NCBI GenBank assembly: GCA_043824495.1
Contig: JBDRSV010000026.1
Location: 1-43,381, forward strand
Direction of reading: 5' to 3'
DNA: 43,381 nucleotides
DNA from: Candidatus Aenigmatarchaeota archaeon
GTDB taxonomy: Archaea; Aenigmatarchaeota; Aenigmatarchaeia; QMZP01
Shown here in pieces: positions 26,704 through 36,215 of the stretch (its first letter is position 1; every line of letters begins with the position of its first letter). The notes below the pieces were generated by a model that was not told the DNA's origin, made no database searches, and saw only the letters and a list, made by a program, of their open reading frames with translations. Both the position numbers and the translations under genes were made by a program.

Positions 26704-27885
26704 TCACTTCTTCTTTTTCTTTAGGGATTCTAATCTCTTATGATTTTTCTCTACCCATTCATCTGTTTCTTTTGCATCTTTCTTAGAATTACCAACACCT
26801 GATGTGTTGCCCACACCAACCAAAACTATATTATCGCCTTTCTTGGCCATCATAACATTTCTCTTTATGGTTTCCAATACTTCTGGAACTGCGTCCTTGA
26901 TGGACTTCTTCATTGGTGTTATAGCTTCTTCTTGGCTCATTTTAACTATAATTGAATCAAGAGGAACATTCTTCTTCACAACAACATTCTCTATATAAGA
27001 TCTCTCGACTCCAGGACCTCCCATTGCAACTCCCACACCTTCTGCAATAGATCCTGTTTTCTCACCCTCTAGCTTGGCTGCTGCGTCAACGCTTATGACC
27101 CTAGAGATTTTTACTGTATTTATAATCTTTTCAACAGCCTTTCCCGGAGCTCCTATTCGTCCTCCAGGGCCTTTCGCCTTCAATACAAATAGGTTTCTAC
27201 CTTCTACTACTGCTTTACCCATTACGATATCTTCTTCTATTTCTGTTGTCTTCTGATTCCCTAACAATGTTGCAGCAACAAGAGGACCAATACCATCACC
27301 TATTGGATTGCCCTTTGCTAAAGCTCTATTACCTTTGTATAAAGATTTTGCAATGCTCTCTATCATAGGCATCTGCATTTGTAGAATCATAGCAATCTGG
27401 AAGCTCTTGTTCTTTCTCACAAGCTCAATAAAATGTCTTACAATTTTTGTTAAATCATAAAGAGCTATTCCTGCTGCAAACCCCATCATAATGTTAGCTT
27501 TCTTTTCTTCGTCTGCATCAGGAGCTACCTGGTTTACGAAATATTTGAATCTGTCTTTCTGAGCAGTTATTATATGATCAAATCTCTGAACAGACCCAAG
27601 AGGATCTAATGATACCGGTTGTATAAAGAAAAATTCAAAAAATCTTGATACAGAATCTCTGGTTTTCTTGTCAGGATTCTTACTTATTTCTTTCAACATG
27701 AAAATCTTAGATTTCTCTGACATTCCTTCAAGTTCTATCGCTATCTTTTCTAACTTCCACATAATCTGTGAAAGCATCATCCTAGGGTATAACAAAAACA
27801 GCAACAAAAATATTACAAATGAGGCTACAATTGAGTAAATGTTATTGTCTAGAAGACCTAGCTGAGCCAAAATAATCGGATCCAT
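26704..27885 (-). CDS. DUF1512 family protein
   Basis: PIGDGIGPLVA, KAKGPGG, VDAAAKLEGEKTGSIAEGVGVAMGGPG. Confidence 0.82.
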   Translation of the reverse strand: MDPIILAQLGLLDNNIYSIVASFVIFLLLFLLYPRMMLSQIMWKLEKIAIELEGMSEKSKIFMLKEISKNPDKKTRDSVSRFFEFFFIQPVSLDPLGSVQRFDHIITAQKDRFKYFVNQVAPDADEEKKANIMMGFAAGIALYDLTKIVRHFIELVRKNKSFQIAMILQMQMPMIESIAKSLYKGNRALAKGNPIGDGIGPLVAATLLGNQKTTEIEEDIVMGKAVVEGRNLFVLKAKGPGGRIGAPGKAVEKIINTVKISRVISVDAAAKLEGEKTGSIAEGVGVAMGGPGVERSYIENVVVKKNVPLDSIIVKMSQEEAITPMKKSIKDAVPEVLETIKRNVMMAKKGDNIVLVGVGNTSGVGNSKKDAKETDEWVEKNHKRLESLKKKKK

Positions 27886-27954
27886 GGTTTCATTCTCTTG
27901 AGTTATTATTAGTTGATCGCCATATTTATAAACCTTGTTAAATAATTACATTGT

Positions 27955-28485
27955 ATGTTGGACTGGAAAATACTTGCGGCTTCTTTTGCATCTTTATTAT
28001 TGATATCATCATTTCTAGTGGGTGGATTAGGGGTAACAGATTTTCTGGGAGAAATAAAAGATAAACTAGGTCAATGGTTCGGTGGATCTACTCTTGAGTG
28101 GAGTTCAGGATCAGAAGAGGACGTTGAAATTATAATAACACCAACACTTTTCACCATGGAACCTAACTCGCCGATGATTATTGTTATGGATACATTGGTC
28201 ATAGAAAATTTTCAGGGTTCAATAACAACAGACTATGAAAATAATAGTATAATTCTAGAAGAAGGCGATACTATAATCACGGCAGAACTAAGTAATGTGA
28301 AGATGTATGACTTAGAATTCAATAGACTGGTAATAGAAGATTCTGTTGTAGAAATAATAGCTGGAAACTGGAGTGAGCAGACAGAAACTGGTATGGTTGA
28401 AATAGTCGGTTTTTTAGGTAATGGGACTATAGATAACGAAACCATCACACTAGAAGGCAGCGTAGCAGAAGTTATTAAATACTAA
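27955..28485 (+). CDS. hypothetical membrane-anchored acidic protein
   Basis: N-terminal hydrophobic segment followed by an acidic beta-rich domain. Confidence 0.65.
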   Translation: MLDWKILAASFASLLLISSFLVGGLGVTDFLGEIKDKLGQWFGGSTLEWSSGSEEDVEIIITPTLFTMEPNSPMIIVMDTLVIENFQGSITTDYENNSIILEEGDTIITAELSNVKMYDLEFNRLVIEDSVVEIIAGNWSEQTETGMVEIVGFLGNGTIDNETITLEGSVAEVIKY

Positions 28486-28510
28486 TTGTATATAATAAAG
28501 ACAATAAATT

Positions 28511-28605
28511 GCCCTAGTAGCTCAGTGGTTAGAGCGCCCGATTTCCTTCGTGGAAAGGCGAAGCTGTTAACCGGTAGGTCGAAGGTTCAAATCCTTCCTA
28601 GGGCG
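28511..28605 (+). tRNA. trnN: tRNA-Asn(GTT) with a 22-nt non-canonical intron at 30/31 (28541-28562)
   Basis: GCCCTAG/CTAGGGC acceptor, GCTC/GAGC D stem, CTGTTAA loop, TTCAAAT T-loop; BHB with central helix CGCC/GGCG, bulges CGA and AAG, intron stem TTTCC/GGAAA. Confidence 0.93.
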
Positions 28606-28614
28606 CTGATTCAT

Positions 28615-28893
28615 ATGTCAGATATAATTACATTGCTATCAACCGTTCTTGACTTAAGAAAACGCGGAAACACATGTAATATACCACAATGCGAGAAAAT
28701 GCCAGTGAAAGAAATGGTATTAATAGAGCATGATAAACTAAAACAAAGAAAAAGAGAGATCGCTACAGTGTATTTTTGCTCAGATCATTGTGACAAAAAA
28801 CCAGATGAAATCGTAAGAAGAGCTAATGTGGTGGCTGGTAAAGGTAAAATAATAGATAAAAAAGTGTTTGACATAGGATATATCACGTACTGA
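28615..28893 (+). CDS. small Cys/His-containing hypothetical protein (92 aa)
   Basis: CNIPQC...FCSDHC, a possible zinc finger; start reassigned to ATG 28615, downstream of tRNA-Asn. Confidence 0.6.
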   Translation: MSDIITLLSTVLDLRKRGNTCNIPQCEKMPVKEMVLIEHDKLKQRKREIATVYFCSDHCDKKPDEIVRRANVVAGKGKIIDKKVFDIGYITY

Positions 28894-28894
28894 T

Positions 28895-28968
28895 GGGGTA
28901 GTAGCTCAGTCCGGGAGAGCACGCGACTGAAGATCGTGTTGTCGGGGGTTCAAATCCCTCCTACCCCA
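28895..28968 (+). tRNA. trnF: tRNA-Phe(GAA)
   Basis: GGGGTAG/CTACCCC acceptor, CGCGA-CTGAAGA-TCGTG anticodon arm, GGGGG-TTCAAAT-CCCTC T arm, A73. Confidence 0.95.
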
Positions 28969-28972
28969 TATA

Positions 28973-30274
28973 TTAACCATATCTATTTTTCTTTTTTCTG
29001 ACGTAATATGTGTTCATTGAATAACCGGTATCAAAATTACCATATCCGCCAAATTCAATGTCAGGTTTATTTTTCTCTTTATATTCATCTTCTTTATCTG
29101 AAAGTGTTTGGTCCGCCCAGACAATTTCTAATGTTTTTGTTGGAGACTGTTCCCCAGTTTCTAATGGTGATTGACTGCTTAGAGAAGTATGGAATTTCCA
29201 TACTAATTCAGGATCTCTTGTTATCGAATATAAATTACAATCCCAACAGCTAAAATATATCCTGTCCTTATAATTTCTGATGCGAACTACCCAACCTCCT
29301 GTTGGTAGAACTTCTAACTCTTTCCCTGTTTTTTTATCAAGAATATAAAGACCGTTTTCACAACATCCTATATACACTTTATCACCAACAACGACAAGTT
29401 CATTCGGATATCCCTTTCCTTTATATGACCACAATAATTCCCCATCCTCGTTTAGTGCGTACCAGTTCATGTCTCTAGAACCAATGAAGATTATGTCGCC
29501 AAAAAGCAGTGGATAGCTGCTTATTCCATCACCAGTATCGAATTTCCACAATAATTCCCCATCCTCATTTACAGCTCTTGCAGAACCATCTAAAGAAACA
29601 AAAATTATTTTTTCATTCAATTTTTCAGGCTTGTGCCTAACAACATCACCTGTTGGGAACTTCCATTTAATCTCTCCGGTTTCTGCGTTTATAGCATAAA
29701 GATTTTTATCAGTGGATCCGATATACAGTGTGTCATTATCTATCATTCCTGAAGAAGCTATAGATCCATGAGTTCCAAGACTCCATACAAGATGACCCGT
29801 TACCTTATTCACTGCATATATATTTCCATTATGAGAACCGAAATATATTTTATCTTTCCATATACAAGGATCAGAATACACCTTGTCTCCTGCAGCAAAT
29901 TTCCACACAAGGCCGCCTTTTGTGTTTACAGCATATAAATTTCCATCATATGAACCAAAATATATTACTCCGTTGTCGATAGCTGCAGTTGATATTATAA
30001 CATCACCCGTAGAAAACCTCCATAATTCAGTTCCAGATTCAGCGTCAATCGCGTAGAAATTCTTATCACATGCACCAATGTATATCACATCATCGCTTAT
30101 CAGAGGAGCTGCATACAAACTACCTCCTATTCCAACTATCCATGTTGTGTCAGTTTTTGAATCAATAACATTTTCCATCATGTTTGAGAGTTCCAGATTA
30201 CCGAATGCGGATCTATCTATACTAAAACTAACATTTTTCTCTAAATCGCTCTGAAATGAATAATATTTCTCCAT
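28973..30274 (-). CDS. PQQ-binding-like (BamB-type) beta-propeller repeat protein
   Basis: Repeated IYFGS.DGNLYAV...G.L.W.F units; no signal peptide. Confidence 0.9.
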   Translation of the reverse strand: MEKYYSFQSDLEKNVSFSIDRSAFGNLELSNMMENVIDSKTDTTWIVGIGGSLYAAPLISDDVIYIGACDKNFYAIDAESGTELWRFSTGDVIISTAAIDNGVIYFGSYDGNLYAVNTKGGLVWKFAAGDKVYSDPCIWKDKIYFGSHNGNIYAVNKVTGHLVWSLGTHGSIASSGMIDNDTLYIGSTDKNLYAINAETGEIKWKFPTGDVVRHKPEKLNEKIIFVSLDGSARAVNEDGELLWKFDTGDGISSYPLLFGDIIFIGSRDMNWYALNEDGELLWSYKGKGYPNELVVVGDKVYIGCCENGLYILDKKTGKELEVLPTGGWVVRIRNYKDRIYFSCWDCNLYSITRDPELVWKFHTSLSSQSPLETGEQSPTKTLEIVWADQTLSDKEDEYKEKNKPDIEFGGYGNFDTGYSMNTYYVRKKKNRYG

Positions 30275-30418
30275 AAATGAGAATTAATTAAAATTAATTT
30301 AAATGATAAATGTGTTTAAAGAGAAAGGAAAAAATCATGAACACGAGAAGAATAAGCACGTTTGGAGTAAAACATACATATAAAAACATTAACTAACATA
30401 TTCATCTCAAGGTGTATT

Positions 30419-30694
30419 ATGGGAAGAGTAAAAATCATACCAATCAAATCATTGGGTAACAGTATAATGGAAACAAACCCAGGAAAATTTTCTGAAGATT
30501 TTGATAAAAATAAGAAGGCTGTAAACGAAGCAAAAGACATCAAATCAAAGAAAGTAAGGAACATTGTTGCAGGTTACATAACGGGAAAGATGAAACAAAA
30601 ACGTCAAGCAGAGAAAAGAAGATTAGAACCTCCAAAAGCTGCTCCTCCAATGAAAAGAATGGATAGAATGGATAGAATGGGAAGAAAAAGATAA
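30419..30694 (+). CDS. rps17e: 30S ribosomal protein S17e
   Basis: MGRVK...FSEDFDKNKKAV...SKKVRNIVAGYIT. Confidence 0.93.
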   Translation: MGRVKIIPIKSLGNSIMETNPGKFSEDFDKNKKAVNEAKDIKSKKVRNIVAGYITGKMKQKRQAEKRRLEPPKAAPPMKRMDRMDRMGRKR

Positions 30695-30723
30695 ATTTAT
30701 ACTAGTTCTACCAAAGAATTAAC

Positions 30724-31845
30724 ATGAGTTTAATATCACTTTCTAAGCTCGCGATCGTTGTTAAACCAACCGATAGCGTATCTAAAGTAATTTCTAAAAT
30801 GATCAAAGATGATGTATATGAAGTTGTGGTTATGGAGAAAGACACTTTCCATGGAGTTGTTGTTGCAAGAGATATAGCCAAGAGGAAAATAAACGATCCC
30901 AAGAAAGCAGAAATCAAACAATATGTGAAGAGGGTTAATGTTTTACAACCAGACCAATCAGTGGACGATGTTATAGAAACTATGGTGGTCAATGATCAGA
31001 AAGCTGTTCCCATAGTAAAAAATAATAAATATTATCTTTTAACAAGAATGTCTCTACTGAAATCATTGATGGATCACAAGAGTTTGAGAAATAAAACAGC
31101 AAATAATGTAATGACTTTCCCGTTTTTTGCTAAAAATTACGATCCTATAACAACGGTCATGTCTGTGTTAGGTGAACTCAATGTTTCTAGATTGCCCATT
31201 GTCGGAGAGAATAATAAATTAGAAGGTATGGTTACAACAAAAGATTTATTGCGTGCGCAGGTCGATAGACAAAGACTCGGTCTAGGAGCAAAAGGCGGAG
31301 AGAAATCAAAGATAAGAAAAACTCCAATAAGTTCTTTGATGAAGAAAAACGTTGTCACTCTTGCACCAATGACACCAATAAAAACAATAATAGAAACAAT
31401 GTTGAGAAAAAACACCGATACAGTCATAATAGAAGAATATAATAAAATAGTTGGAATAATAACACCAAAGCACATACTGAAAATGATAAGAAGAGAGCCT
31501 ACTGAACCAGAAAAAGAAGTTTCTGGAGTTTATCTAAAAATAAGCGGAATACAAGAACAAGGAATTTTCTCAAAGAGAGCAATAAACAAAGAAGTTGAAA
31601 ATGAAATACAAAAACTCTCCAGATTCATACCAATAACATATGTAAATCTCCATGTGCATCCACAAAAAATATCAGGACAAAGGAAAAAATATTCTGTAAG
31701 AGGAAAAATAATCACAGAACATGGATACTATTTTGCCAACAATGACGAATGGGATATAAAACTCGCAATAAAGGGAGTATTGAATAAATTTGAAAAAGAG
31801 ATGATGAAAGACAGAGGAAAGATGCTCAAAAAGAGAAAGAGTTAA
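30724..31845 (+). CDS. CBS-domain protein with C-terminal HPF/RaiA-like domain (putative ribosome hibernation factor)
   Basis: Four CBS-like repeats followed by VYLKISG...KYSVRGKIITEHGYYFANNDEWDIKLAIKGVLNKFEKEM. Confidence 0.75.
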   Translation: MSLISLSKLAIVVKPTDSVSKVISKMIKDDVYEVVVMEKDTFHGVVVARDIAKRKINDPKKAEIKQYVKRVNVLQPDQSVDDVIETMVVNDQKAVPIVKNNKYYLLTRMSLLKSLMDHKSLRNKTANNVMTFPFFAKNYDPITTVMSVLGELNVSRLPIVGENNKLEGMVTTKDLLRAQVDRQRLGLGAKGGEKSKIRKTPISSLMKKNVVTLAPMTPIKTIIETMLRKNTDTVIIEEYNKIVGIITPKHILKMIRREPTEPEKEVSGVYLKISGIQEQGIFSKRAINKEVENEIQKLSRFIPITYVNLHVHPQKISGQRKKYSVRGKIITEHGYYFANNDEWDIKLAIKGVLNKFEKEMMKDRGKMLKKRKS

Positions 31846-31879
31846 ACATAAACTTTAAAAGGTACGTAATACATTATCA

Positions 31880-32383
31880 GTGAATATGGATCTAAAAGAG
31901 ACTAACAAGAGTATATTATATGTAATACTTGGAGTTGTGTTAGCCGTTGGAATAAATCAAGGATTGGCTTTGGGGTTATCAACAGATATTCCTGTAGTAG
32001 CAGTTGAATCCAATTCAATGATACCAACTTTTCAGAGAGGAGATATTCTAGTTTTACATGGGGTTACACCCGAAGAACTAATTATAGGAGATATTATAGT
32101 TTTTTCACCGGACACACAAGAGATACCAGTAGTTCATAGAATTGTAGAAGTTAATGATGATGGCACATTCCAGACACAGGGAGATGCAAATTCAAGACAA
32201 CTCCCGTTTGAGACAAGAATAAGACCAGATCAGATACATGGAAAGGTTATGGTTATAGTTCCTTATATGGGATGGGTTAAGATCAGCTTAACAGAATACG
32301 CTTTGCCAAACACACACTGGATTTTGTTAATTGTGGTATTAATAGCGGGTATGTACTTATTAGTATATAAAAGAAACAAATGA
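31880..32383 (+). CDS. sec11: signal peptidase I, archaeal/SEC11 type
   Basis: VVAVESNSMIPTFQRGD, VVHRIV, TQGDAN. Confidence 0.9.
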   Translation: MNMDLKETNKSILYVILGVVLAVGINQGLALGLSTDIPVVAVESNSMIPTFQRGDILVLHGVTPEELIIGDIIVFSPDTQEIPVVHRIVEVNDDGTFQTQGDANSRQLPFETRIRPDQIHGKVMVIVPYMGWVKISLTEYALPNTHWILLIVVLIAGMYLLVYKRNK

Positions 32384-32434
32384 AAGTTTTATATTATTAA
32401 TTGAGTTATAATATGTATAACTTAGGAGATCTCC

Positions 32435-32758
32435 ATGGATTTTTGTAAAAAATGCGATTCTGTAATGGTCTCGAAGACCGAAAAAAATAAAGTAGTTTTA
32501 GTATGTAGAAAATGTGGGCAGAAAAGATTAGATTATAAACCTCTAGAAATATCAGAAAAAGTAGAAAAAAGACCACAAGATGATGTTATAATAATAGAGA
32601 AAAACGAAGAATTGCTTCCTAGAACAAAAGTAGTGTGTCCCAAATGTGGTAATAAAGAAGCAGTTTGGTGGTTACAACAGACACGTTCTATAGATGAGGC
32701 TCCAACACTATTCTTAAGATGTACAACATGTAAAAACTCATGGAGAGAATACGGGTAA
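32435..32758 (+). CDS. tfs: transcription factor S
   Basis: FCKKCDSVM...CRKCG and CPKCG...QQTRSIDEAPTLFLRCTTC. Confidence 0.95.
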   Translation: MDFCKKCDSVMVSKTEKNKVVLVCRKCGQKRLDYKPLEISEKVEKRPQDDVIIIEKNEELLPRTKVVCPKCGNKEAVWWLQQTRSIDEAPTLFLRCTTCKNSWREYG

Positions 32759-32800
32759 AGTTCTTTAATGAGTCCGTAAAACTATACTCATGGTGATCTT

Positions 32801-33754
32801 GTGTTAGAGATTCTAGTTTTAGTAGCAGCTTTCATAGTTACTTATTTAGTTACACCAATTTTCATAAAAAAACTCACAAAGGCTGGTATAACAGCATCGG
32901 ATATACACAAACCAAATAAACCAAAAGTACCTGAAATGGGTGGTCTAGCAATATTATTTGGATTTTCTGCTGGGGTATTGCTTGCAACACCGTTTCTAAC
33001 AACTGGGCTGATAAGTGTGTTTGCAGTTTTGTCTTCTATCTTACTTCTAGGCTTGATAGGAATTTGTGATGATATCTTTGGCATCAGACAAAAAACAAAA
33101 ATGTTTCTTCCAGTATTCGCTGCAATTCCTTTGATGGTAATACAGGCAGGTATTCATACAATGAATTTACCACTGGTAGGATTGGTTAATTTTGGAATCA
33201 TATATCCTCTAATACTCATACCTTTAGGAATAACAGTTGTTTCAAATTCATTTAATATGCTAGCTGGTTACAATGGAATAGAGGCTGGAACAGGGTTTAT
33301 AGCATGTGGTTTTGTTGGACTTCTCGGATTTTTATCAGGAAATATGGGAGTCACAGTCTTAATGTTTTCAATGGCCGGAGCTTGTCTGGCTTTCTTAATG
33401 TTCAATAAATATCCGGCTAAAATATTCCCAGGAGATGTAGGAACATTTGCTATAGGCGCTGCTTTAGCAGGCACTGTTATTATAGGAAATATAGAGGGCG
33501 TAGGTGCAATAATAATCCTGCCTCATATAATAAACGGAATCATAACCACAGTTGATATACTAAGAGGAAAACCAATACAAAAATTTGCTGAAGTGAAAAA
33601 TGGAATTTTAGTTCCTCCAGAAAAGAAATATGTCCAGACATTATATTTCTATTTAGAAAGAATGTTCAAGTTATCTGAACCTAAACTAGTTCAGCTTGTG
33701 TGGACACTTACATTAATCACAGGGTTGCTGGCATTGCTTTTCGTTTATATTTAA
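32801..33754 (+). CDS. aglH: MraY/GPT-like glycosyltransferase family 4 (polyprenyl-phosphate GlcNAc-1-P transferase)
   Basis: DIHK...VPEMGG, GICDD, NSFNMLAGYNGIEAG, FNKYPAKIFPGDVGT; multi-TM; directly upstream of aglB. Confidence 0.85.
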   Translation: MLEILVLVAAFIVTYLVTPIFIKKLTKAGITASDIHKPNKPKVPEMGGLAILFGFSAGVLLATPFLTTGLISVFAVLSSILLLGLIGICDDIFGIRQKTKMFLPVFAAIPLMVIQAGIHTMNLPLVGLVNFGIIYPLILIPLGITVVSNSFNMLAGYNGIEAGTGFIACGFVGLLGFLSGNMGVTVLMFSMAGACLAFLMFNKYPAKIFPGDVGTFAIGAALAGTVIIGNIEGVGAIIILPHIINGIITTVDILRGKPIQKFAEVKNGILVPPEKKYVQTLYFYLERMFKLSEPKLVQLVWTLTLITGLLALLFVYI

Positions 33755-33823
33755 TAAAGTGTTCACGTTATTAATTATTTATATCCCAAAATCAAACTTA
33801 AGCATAAGTTTGCGAGAGATCAA

Positions 33824-36160
33824 ATGGCTAAAAAGGGTTGGGCAAAAAAGATAGGAAGCAAATGGTATCTTTTCGTATTACTAGCGATAGTGATCATGGC
33901 ATTCATGATCAGAGCGGCTCCTGCAAGACACGGTGAGTTACAAGCTCTTGACCCATTCTATTTATACAGAATAAGCGAAGCGGTTCTTAACAATGGTTTT
34001 CAATTACCAGAAGTTGACACTCTAAGAAATTTCCCACATGGGGATACACAATTCGATCTTTTAGTTATGCATTTCCTGCCGCCGATAATGTATGTGATGT
34101 TACTGCCGATAATACAGATGCCGTTTTTTGAATTCGCGTTGCTATATCCCGCGTTAATGGGCGCGCTTGCTGTACTTTTCATGTTTTTCCTAGGTAAAGA
34201 ATTATTCGAAGATAATAAAGCAGGACTTTTTGCTGCTTTTTTCCTTGCAACAGTACAAGCATTTATAACAAGAACTTCTGCGGGTTTCTTCGAAAAGGAA
34301 CCTACAGCGTCCCCTTTCATGATTTTGTCAGTTTTGTTTTTTGTAAAAGCCTTCAAAGAAAAGGATTGGAGATACGGCAGCTTAGCTGGTGTTTTCTTGG
34401 GTATCATGACTCTGTCATGGGGTGGTAGTCAGTATATTTACATGCTTTTCGCAGCATTCGCTTTAGTGGTGGCCATATTAAATTTCAATAACAAAGGCCT
34501 TGTTTATGCTTATGTTCCCGCAGCATTGATTGGTATATTCTTACCGTTCTTCATACAGCCGAGAATTGTTTCTCTGTTATCAACAACAACAATGTTGTCG
34601 TTTGGTGTTCTAGGTATCATTGTTTTGAGAAACATTGTAACAAAATCTAAAATAACCAAGCCAGAACAAACGAAATTTGTAACACCTGCAATATTGGTGA
34701 TTGGGATGGTTGTATTCCTTATAGGATCAATGATCTCTGATTTTTTGTACTCTATTTTACAAGGAATAATTAACGTTGCAACATTGCAGCCAACAGTAAC
34801 AACAACAGTAGCTGAAAGCGTTGGAGGAAACTGGGACGTGATAGTATCTCAAACTAGCCTAGGCGCTGCAGCAGGACCGTTGGGCCCTATAATGCCTTTG
34901 GTGAATTATTTCTCCCTATGGACATTCGCTGTCATTGGTTTACTGGTGCTCCTATACGCACTATATAGAAGCAGAAACATGATATTATTATTACCTATAT
35001 TATGGTTGCTCCTTGGCATCTTTGGTGTATTCTTTGCTATCAGACTTGTCTATTTCATGGGACCGGGTGTAGCTTTATTAGCAGCATTCCTATTGACGTG
35101 GTTGATTAACAAATCCAATAAAATTAAGTTCGTTGATGATGTAAAGAAAACATGGTATGCATATACCATAGTGGCAGCATTAATGTTATTCCTCGGAATT
35201 TACTATATTTTCTCCAATGCACTGGTAGGTATAATATTCTTAATACCGGCAGCCGTATTGTTCTTTTATGCTTATCTAATAAACAGGTCTGCTAAAGAAA
35301 AGTCAATATTCAAGAAAATTCATAATTACGTTACAGGGCATAAAGATAGAACAATGTCAATAGTTGCAATACCTGTTATAATAATTATATTGTTCAGTAT
35401 TTCATTCAATGCCGTAAGTGCAAACACGTATGCACAATTCCTAGGACCTTCTATAAATCAGTACTGGTATGAAGCAATGGATTTCTTGAAAAATGATACT
35501 CCACAAAACACTAGTGTGTTATCTTGGTGGGATTTTGGATATTGGTTCCAAGCTAGAGGTAATAGAGCGACAATAGTAGATGGTGGTGGTGTAGGAAATA
35601 TATCAAGATTTGACGTTGCAGAATGGTTTACTTCAGATACTAAAAACTGGACAGATTGGGAACCGTGGTTAAAAGAGAAACTTGTTGTAAGCTATATACT
35701 CATGGATTACACACTTCCTGGTAAATATGGAGCTATAACAAAAATCGCTTCTCATGAAACTACGGTTATTGGAATGATACAGTTCCAACAATCTGGAACC
35801 TTCCCACAGGATAATAGAACAATATACGAATTCAAAGCAGGTCCATATGCTATATGGTTACCAATAGATGGTGGAAATGGAGCTGTTACAGGATCTCCAA
35901 TGTTCTTGATTGCCCAAGGAAACCAATATGGATCTCCTTCGTTTGTGAATGATTTATGCACCGCGAACGGTTTGGTGCATATAGGAGATAGAGAACCAGC
36001 TATTGGTGGTTGCGTAGCAATAACCAGCGTAGGCGTGTATTATGTTCCTGAAGAAGCCAAGAATACAATATTCACAAATCTAATGTTCATGGATGCTGCA
36101 GGATTGCCATTAGAGAAAGTGTTCGATAATAATCTAATCAAGATATATCGGGTACAGTAA
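33824..36160 (+). CDS. aglB: oligosaccharyltransferase (STT3 family)
   Basis: ALDPFY, RTSAGFFEKE, TTVAES, SWWDFGYW; multi-TM N-terminal half. Confidence 0.95.
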   Translation: MAKKGWAKKIGSKWYLFVLLAIVIMAFMIRAAPARHGELQALDPFYLYRISEAVLNNGFQLPEVDTLRNFPHGDTQFDLLVMHFLPPIMYVMLLPIIQMPFFEFALLYPALMGALAVLFMFFLGKELFEDNKAGLFAAFFLATVQAFITRTSAGFFEKEPTASPFMILSVLFFVKAFKEKDWRYGSLAGVFLGIMTLSWGGSQYIYMLFAAFALVVAILNFNNKGLVYAYVPAALIGIFLPFFIQPRIVSLLSTTTMLSFGVLGIIVLRNIVTKSKITKPEQTKFVTPAILVIGMVVFLIGSMISDFLYSILQGIINVATLQPTVTTTVAESVGGNWDVIVSQTSLGAAAGPLGPIMPLVNYFSLWTFAVIGLLVLLYALYRSRNMILLLPILWLLLGIFGVFFAIRLVYFMGPGVALLAAFLLTWLINKSNKIKFVDDVKKTWYAYTIVAALMLFLGIYYIFSNALVGIIFLIPAAVLFFYAYLINRSAKEKSIFKKIHNYVTGHKDRTMSIVAIPVIIIILFSISFNAVSANTYAQFLGPSINQYWYEAMDFLKNDTPQNTSVLSWWDFGYWFQARGNRATIVDGGGVGNISRFDVAEWFTSDTKNWTDWEPWLKEKLVVSYILMDYTLPGKYGAITKIASHETTVIGMIQFQQSGTFPQDNRTIYEFKAGPYAIWLPIDGGNGAVTGSPMFLIAQGNQYGSPSFVNDLCTANGLVHIGDREPAIGGCVAITSVGVYYVPEEAKNTIFTNLMFMDAAGLPLEKVFDNNLIKIYRVQ

Positions 36161-36215
36161 ATTCTAGTTTAATTGTGGCATATGTTTTTAAACAGTATAA
36201 TCGTTATTACACACC

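Noticed and set aside
28486-28614. N-terminal part of the 135-aa ORF
   Set aside because: Overlaps the tRNA-Asn gene; the real start is taken as 28615.
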